Translations under genes and position numbers: made by a program
In this document: one piece after another, positions 60,664 through 64,000 of the stretch
Layout of the letters: every line of letters starts with the position of its first letter
How positions within the stretch are numbered: position 1 is the first letter of the stretch
DNA from: Candidatus Bathyarchaeia archaeon
GTDB lineage: Archaea; Thermoproteota; CALKCG01; B24
Length of the DNA stretch: 64,000 bases
Assembly (NCBI GenBank): GCA_038870975.1
Contig: JAVZJD010000001.1
Location: 1,001,966 to 1,065,965 of the forward strand
Reading direction: 5' to 3'
The notes under the pieces: generated by a model
Databases searched by the model: none
Told to the model about the DNA's origin: nothing
Seen by the model: the letters and a program-made list of their open reading frames with translations, nothing else

Positions 60664-61767
60664 TTAGTCTACCACAGCTTCTACGAGCAAATTATGAAAA
60701 ACCGTTCTCACATCATTTATTCTTAAACAGGCTGGATTATTCCTAGAAGGATGAATACGATTAGTCAATAATACCGCAAAAAGGTCCAATTTAGTATTTA
60801 TCAATATCGATGTTCCAGTGAAACCCGTATGTCCATATGAGTCGTAGGGGAGGGGCCATTCCACTGGCTTAGCCCATCCAAGTCCAAATCTTTTAGAGCT
60901 GTCCTCAACCCAAACTTCTACGGCTTTTTCAACAGTCGCCTCTCCGAGAATTCTAACAGAGCCGTAGCATCCCCTATTAAGCATCATCTGACTGAAGACC
61001 GCTAAATCGTATGCCGTGGAAAATAGACCAGCATGACCCGCTACGCCTCCTAGAGCGTAGGCATTTTCATCGTGAACTTCACCTACTAGCACCCTCCCCC
61101 TCCATGGACAGTTCTCAGTAGCAACTGCTTTAGCCTTGAGAAGCCCCGCGGGTTTAAAGGTTGTTTCAGACATTTTAAGCGGCTCAAATATTTCATTTTT
61201 AGAAAGCCTGTCGAGGCTAAGCCCTGAGATAGTCTCAAGTATAAAGCCTAGTAGGATGAAGCCTAAGTCACTGTAGACGACTCTAGAGCCAGGCTCATAT
61301 TCGCAGTTTAACTGAGTTATTACATTTAGAAACTCGTTTTTACTTTTGCAGGTCTTGTAGAGCGGTAGCCAAGCAGGCAATCCAGAGCTATGTGTTAGAA
61401 GATGCTTTATTTTAACGTTTTTCCTCCACTCACGGCTCCAACCATCTAAGAATTCTGATAGAGGAGATTCAAGGCTTAAAAGCCCTTTTTCAACCATCTT
61501 AAGCGTTAAAGTCGTCGTACAGACAGGCTTGGTAATAGATGCTAAGTCGAAAACCGCTTCTCTAGCCATAGGTCTTACTTCAGGTATAAGTTGAGCATAG
61601 CCTCTAGCCTCATGAAGAGCTATTACACCCCTCCGAGCTACTAGAGCTACAAAACCTGGGTAGACTCCATCTCTAACCCCGCCCTCTAAAACCTTCAACG
61701 CCTTCAGTAGTTTTTCAGGGTTTAAACCAGCCTCCGACGGTTCTCCAAACTTTAAAATACTACGCAT
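60664..61767 (-). CDS. Serine hydrolase, beta-lactamase-like family
   Basis: ASITK (SxxK), LLTHSSGL, YSD, VHDENA, GHAGLF, GHTGFTG; start moved to ATG 61767. Confidence 0.92.
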   Translation of the reverse strand: MRSILKFGEPSEAGLNPEKLLKALKVLEGGVRDGVYPGFVALVARRGVIALHEARGYAQLIPEVRPMAREAVFDLASITKPVCTTTLTLKMVEKGLLSLESPLSEFLDGWSREWRKNVKIKHLLTHSSGLPAWLPLYKTCKSKNEFLNVITQLNCEYEPGSRVVYSDLGFILLGFILETISGLSLDRLSKNEIFEPLKMSETTFKPAGLLKAKAVATENCPWRGRVLVGEVHDENAYALGGVAGHAGLFSTAYDLAVFSQMMLNRGCYGSVRILGEATVEKAVEVWVEDSSKRFGLGWAKPVEWPLPYDSYGHTGFTGTSILINTKLDLFAVLLTNRIHPSRNNPACLRINDVRTVFHNLLVEAVVD

Positions 61768-61808
61768 AAAAGCATCCTCTTTGAAAAAATAAAGGAACTT
61801 AGTTTGCG

Positions 61809-62366
61809 TCAACTGGGCATACATATTATCTCCTTTATCTTTAACTCTGTAAACTTTCGAGAGTATGATGGTTTAACTACTATCGCTGTATCGGCTCCTC
61901 TATCCGTCCCAGCTATAGCAATGACGCTTCTATCTACTGGTATAAGCCCTGCATCAGCTGCCATTAGAACGACCTCAACGCAGACCTTCATACCTTGGCT
62001 AAACCTGTAAAGAGTTTGAGCTATGATCTCTTTAACCGATATAAAGCCTGTGAATGCTTCATCAACTCCGTCGCTTAAAGAATGAGTACCCGTAAATACT
62101 TTAATACCCTTCCTCTGGAGAGCTGACCGCTCATCCTCCGTCATCGTCCAGCCTTCTTCACTATAACCTTCAGATATCGTCACGGCAACTATGTTGAATT
62201 CCGATGGATTGAAAACTTCAGCCAGTTTAAGCGCTGTAGAGCCGTGAGTTGAAGCAACCACTATATCTCTTATCCCAAGCTCTAAAGCCCTTTCGTAGGC
62301 TAATCTAATGGTTTCTTCCGTATTCCCTGGTCCAGCCCTTTCAAAATAGGTTATAGTTTTCCTCAT
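61809..62366 (-). CDS. Stand-alone pyruvate kinase C-terminal alpha/beta-domain protein
   Basis: YF...G..NT; VVAST.G.TA; QGMKVCVE..LMAADAG; GT.RGADTA. Confidence 0.85.
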   Translation of the reverse strand: MRKTITYFERAGPGNTEETIRLAYERALELGIRDIVVASTHGSTALKLAEVFNPSEFNIVAVTISEGYSEEGWTMTEDERSALQRKGIKVFTGTHSLSDGVDEAFTGFISVKEIIAQTLYRFSQGMKVCVEVVLMAADAGLIPVDRSVIAIAGTDRGADTAIVVKPSYSRKFTELKIKEIICMPS

Positions 62367-62387
62367 ACCAATTCTATGGTTTTAGAT

Positions 62388-62537
62388 TCAGTAAATAAAT
62401 TTTTCCAAAGTATAGAAATGGTTAAGAGTCGAAGTTACGTATTTCCTTTCAATTTCATCTTCGAGTGCACATAAGAAACATTCTGCACCGCTTTTGATCA
62501 TCCTCTCGATGCGGAAGTATGTCACATCAACACTCAT
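62388..62537 (-). pseudogene. Truncated CxxC protein (DUF6062-like N-terminus), not in ORF track
   Basis: ATGA-coupled to the upstream gene; MSVDVTYFRIERMIKSGAECFLCALEDEIERKYV... ends after 49 aa. Confidence 0.5.
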
Positions 62538-62830
62538 GCAAATAACCACCGTTCCTCAATCGTTTTTAATATGCTTACAGCATAGAAAGTGTCCTCAAAA
62601 GTGGATATTCCAACGTCTGACCTTGCAAATCCGCCGTTCGCGTTCTGGCATTTAAGAACAAGTTCGGTTGTTTGATTTGGATATTTTAGACGTCCTCCGA
62701 GGAGGTTCAGCGTTGACACCCCGTAGTATACATGTTCCATGTATGGTGTGGAAGTGTTTGGAACAACTGTGAAGCCTCCATAAGGCTTTTCGCAAGCCCT
62801 GACATAATCCAGGGTCTCTTTAAGCAACAT
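62534..62830 (-). pseudogene. C-terminal fragment of a prenyltransferase/squalene-oxidase repeat protein
   Basis: Two repeats only (CEKPYGGF...TP..EH.YYG; CQNANGGF...ST.EDTFYA); no N-terminal repeats. Confidence 0.6.
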
Positions 62831-63080
62831 GCTTAAGGATTAACTCCCGCTTTCTAAGCCTAATGTCTCTACAATATAACTTGCCAAACTCCAACCTCTA
62901 CACCTGCATCATCACAAACTTGATAGTATTAACAAACGTCATAACATCCATTTCAGCTATAAAATGCGGAAGAAAACAAAACAAAGAACATGCCAGAACA
63001 CCTAAACTGTCCCTATTCTAACAGTTAAAAATTGTCCCAAATTGAGTTCTACACGTTTTCACCTTTTTCTTTACCTAATC

Positions 63081-64000
63081 TCAAAGCTGGAATTTTTTAA
63101 AGGCTAAATATTTAAAGGGGTCGACGATTCCAAGCGTGAATAATGCTGAAAAGCCCAAGGCAAAAAGAACTTGATCTGGTGGGAGTGAAGGAATTATTAT
63201 GCCATATACGCCCAGCAACGTAAATCCAATTATTATGACTGTAAAAGATGCTATTAAACCCTTGCCGGGCTTTGAAGACCAGAAGTGTCTTCTTTCTCTT
63301 ACAATGTACACTCTAAATTGACTATTAAAGACTAGCACCAGCATTATAAAAGTGCGCAGTTTTTCCCACCCTAGCTGGAAATAATTTTTTCCTATTACCA
63401 TTGCGGTCACGCTTTCAACAACCAAGAGTAAACCAACCACAAGAGATGCCAATGTAATGTTTTTAACATTCCACTTATTTGGATTACTTGTATATTTCAC
63501 GTTATCTGTTGCTAATGACATCGTTGAAAAATCATTTGCAAAAATTAGCAACGTCATGCTTAATAGGCTGAGGGCAATGTCATGCAACCAGAAAAATCCA
63601 AGCGTCAATAAAGTGACAAACTCTATTACTTTAGCAACCTTATTTATAACCCACGTTAACATTCGCTGGTATATCTGCCTGCTTATTTTTATCGCACTAA
63701 CGATCACCTTCACACCTTGTTCGGTCAGAACAACACTGGCTGAGGCTTTCGCCACATCTGTCGAGTTGCTTACAGCTATTCCCATTTCCGCCTGTTTAAG
63801 TGCAGGCGCATCATTGACTCCATCACCAGTCATTCCCACCATGTGTCCATTTGACTGCAAAAGTTTCACTATCTCATATTTATCTTCAGGGTATACTTCG
63901 GCAAAACCATCATATTTCTCGACAATTTTTGCTCTCTCTGTGTCATTTAGGGCTTTAAGTTCAGCTATTGGAATAATCCTATCGCCGATTGAGGCTTGAG
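63081..64000 (-). CDS. P-type ATPase, plasma-membrane H+-efflux (IIIA) type, 3' part; the gene starts beyond the window
   Basis: MTGDGVNDAPALK; TDVAK..A..VL; SRQIYQRM; NDF..M.LATD; the frame stays open upstream (GFAEVYPEDKY). Confidence 0.9.
   Translation of the reverse strand, partial: QASIGDRIIPIAELKALNDTERAKIVEKYDGFAEVYPEDKYEIVKLLQSNGHMVGMTGDGVNDAPALKQAEMGIAVSNSTDVAKASASVVLTEQGVKVIVSAIKISRQIYQRMLTWVINKVAKVIEFVTLLTLGFFWLHDIALSLLSMTLLIFANDFSTMSLATDNVKYTSNPNKWNVKNITLASLVVGLLLVVESVTAMVIGKNYFQLGWEKLRTFIMLVLVFNSQFRVYIVRERRHFWSSKPGKGLIASFTVIIIGFTLLGVYGIIIPSLPPDQVLFALGFSALFTLGIVDPFKYLAFKKFQL

Noticed and set aside
60664-61767. Beta-lactamase as an antibiotic-resistance gene
   Set aside because: The motifs fit the broad esterase/peptidase-like serine hydrolase family; nothing supports resistance
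5454-61824. Long N-terminal extensions in the track (5454, 33088, 38617, 47695, 58980, 61824)
   Set aside because: They overlap neighbouring genes or promoter regions; downstream starts fit family N-termini, and several follow RBS-like motifs
146-63999. Numerous short antisense or nested ORFs in the track (e.g. 11272-11703, 18257-18661, 52654-53094, 63457-63999)
   Set aside because: They are shadows of well-supported genes on the other strand or frame, with no recognisable motifs

Overview
Gene-dense archaeal chromosome segment of moderate GC. Archaeal markers include Alba, a thermosome subunit, PAC2, Trm5, porGDAB, an intron-containing tRNA-Gln and box C/D sRNAs. The expansion of UroD/MtaA-like, MttB-like and DUF6785/OPT-like genes suggests a TACK archaeon, most plausibly Bathyarchaeia; this is inference from gene content. 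Housekeeping blocks are interleaved with a large carbohydrate and C1 region (about 21-43.5 kb, with outliers). The window holds five UroD-fold proteins, two non-pyrrolysine MttB-family methyltransferases, two GH4 enzymes with non-canonical Cys motifs, GH38, GH29, two TIM-barrel sugar isomerases, a Gfo/Idh/MocA oxidoreductase, two Cys-rich DUF6785 membrane proteins and a methanogenesis marker 8 homolog. The best candidate for an undescribed system is the GH4 / MttB / UroD-fold / DUF6785 cluster at 33.1-43.4 kb. Features absent from the ORF track are two tandem box C/D sRNAs (one guide is complementary to the 16S 5' central-pseudoknot strand), a 41-aa four-Cys microprotein, tRNA-Gln(CUG) with a BHB intron, and several gene remnants. 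No CRISPR array, rRNA or intact transposase was seen. All family calls come from motif recognition by eye, with no database searches.
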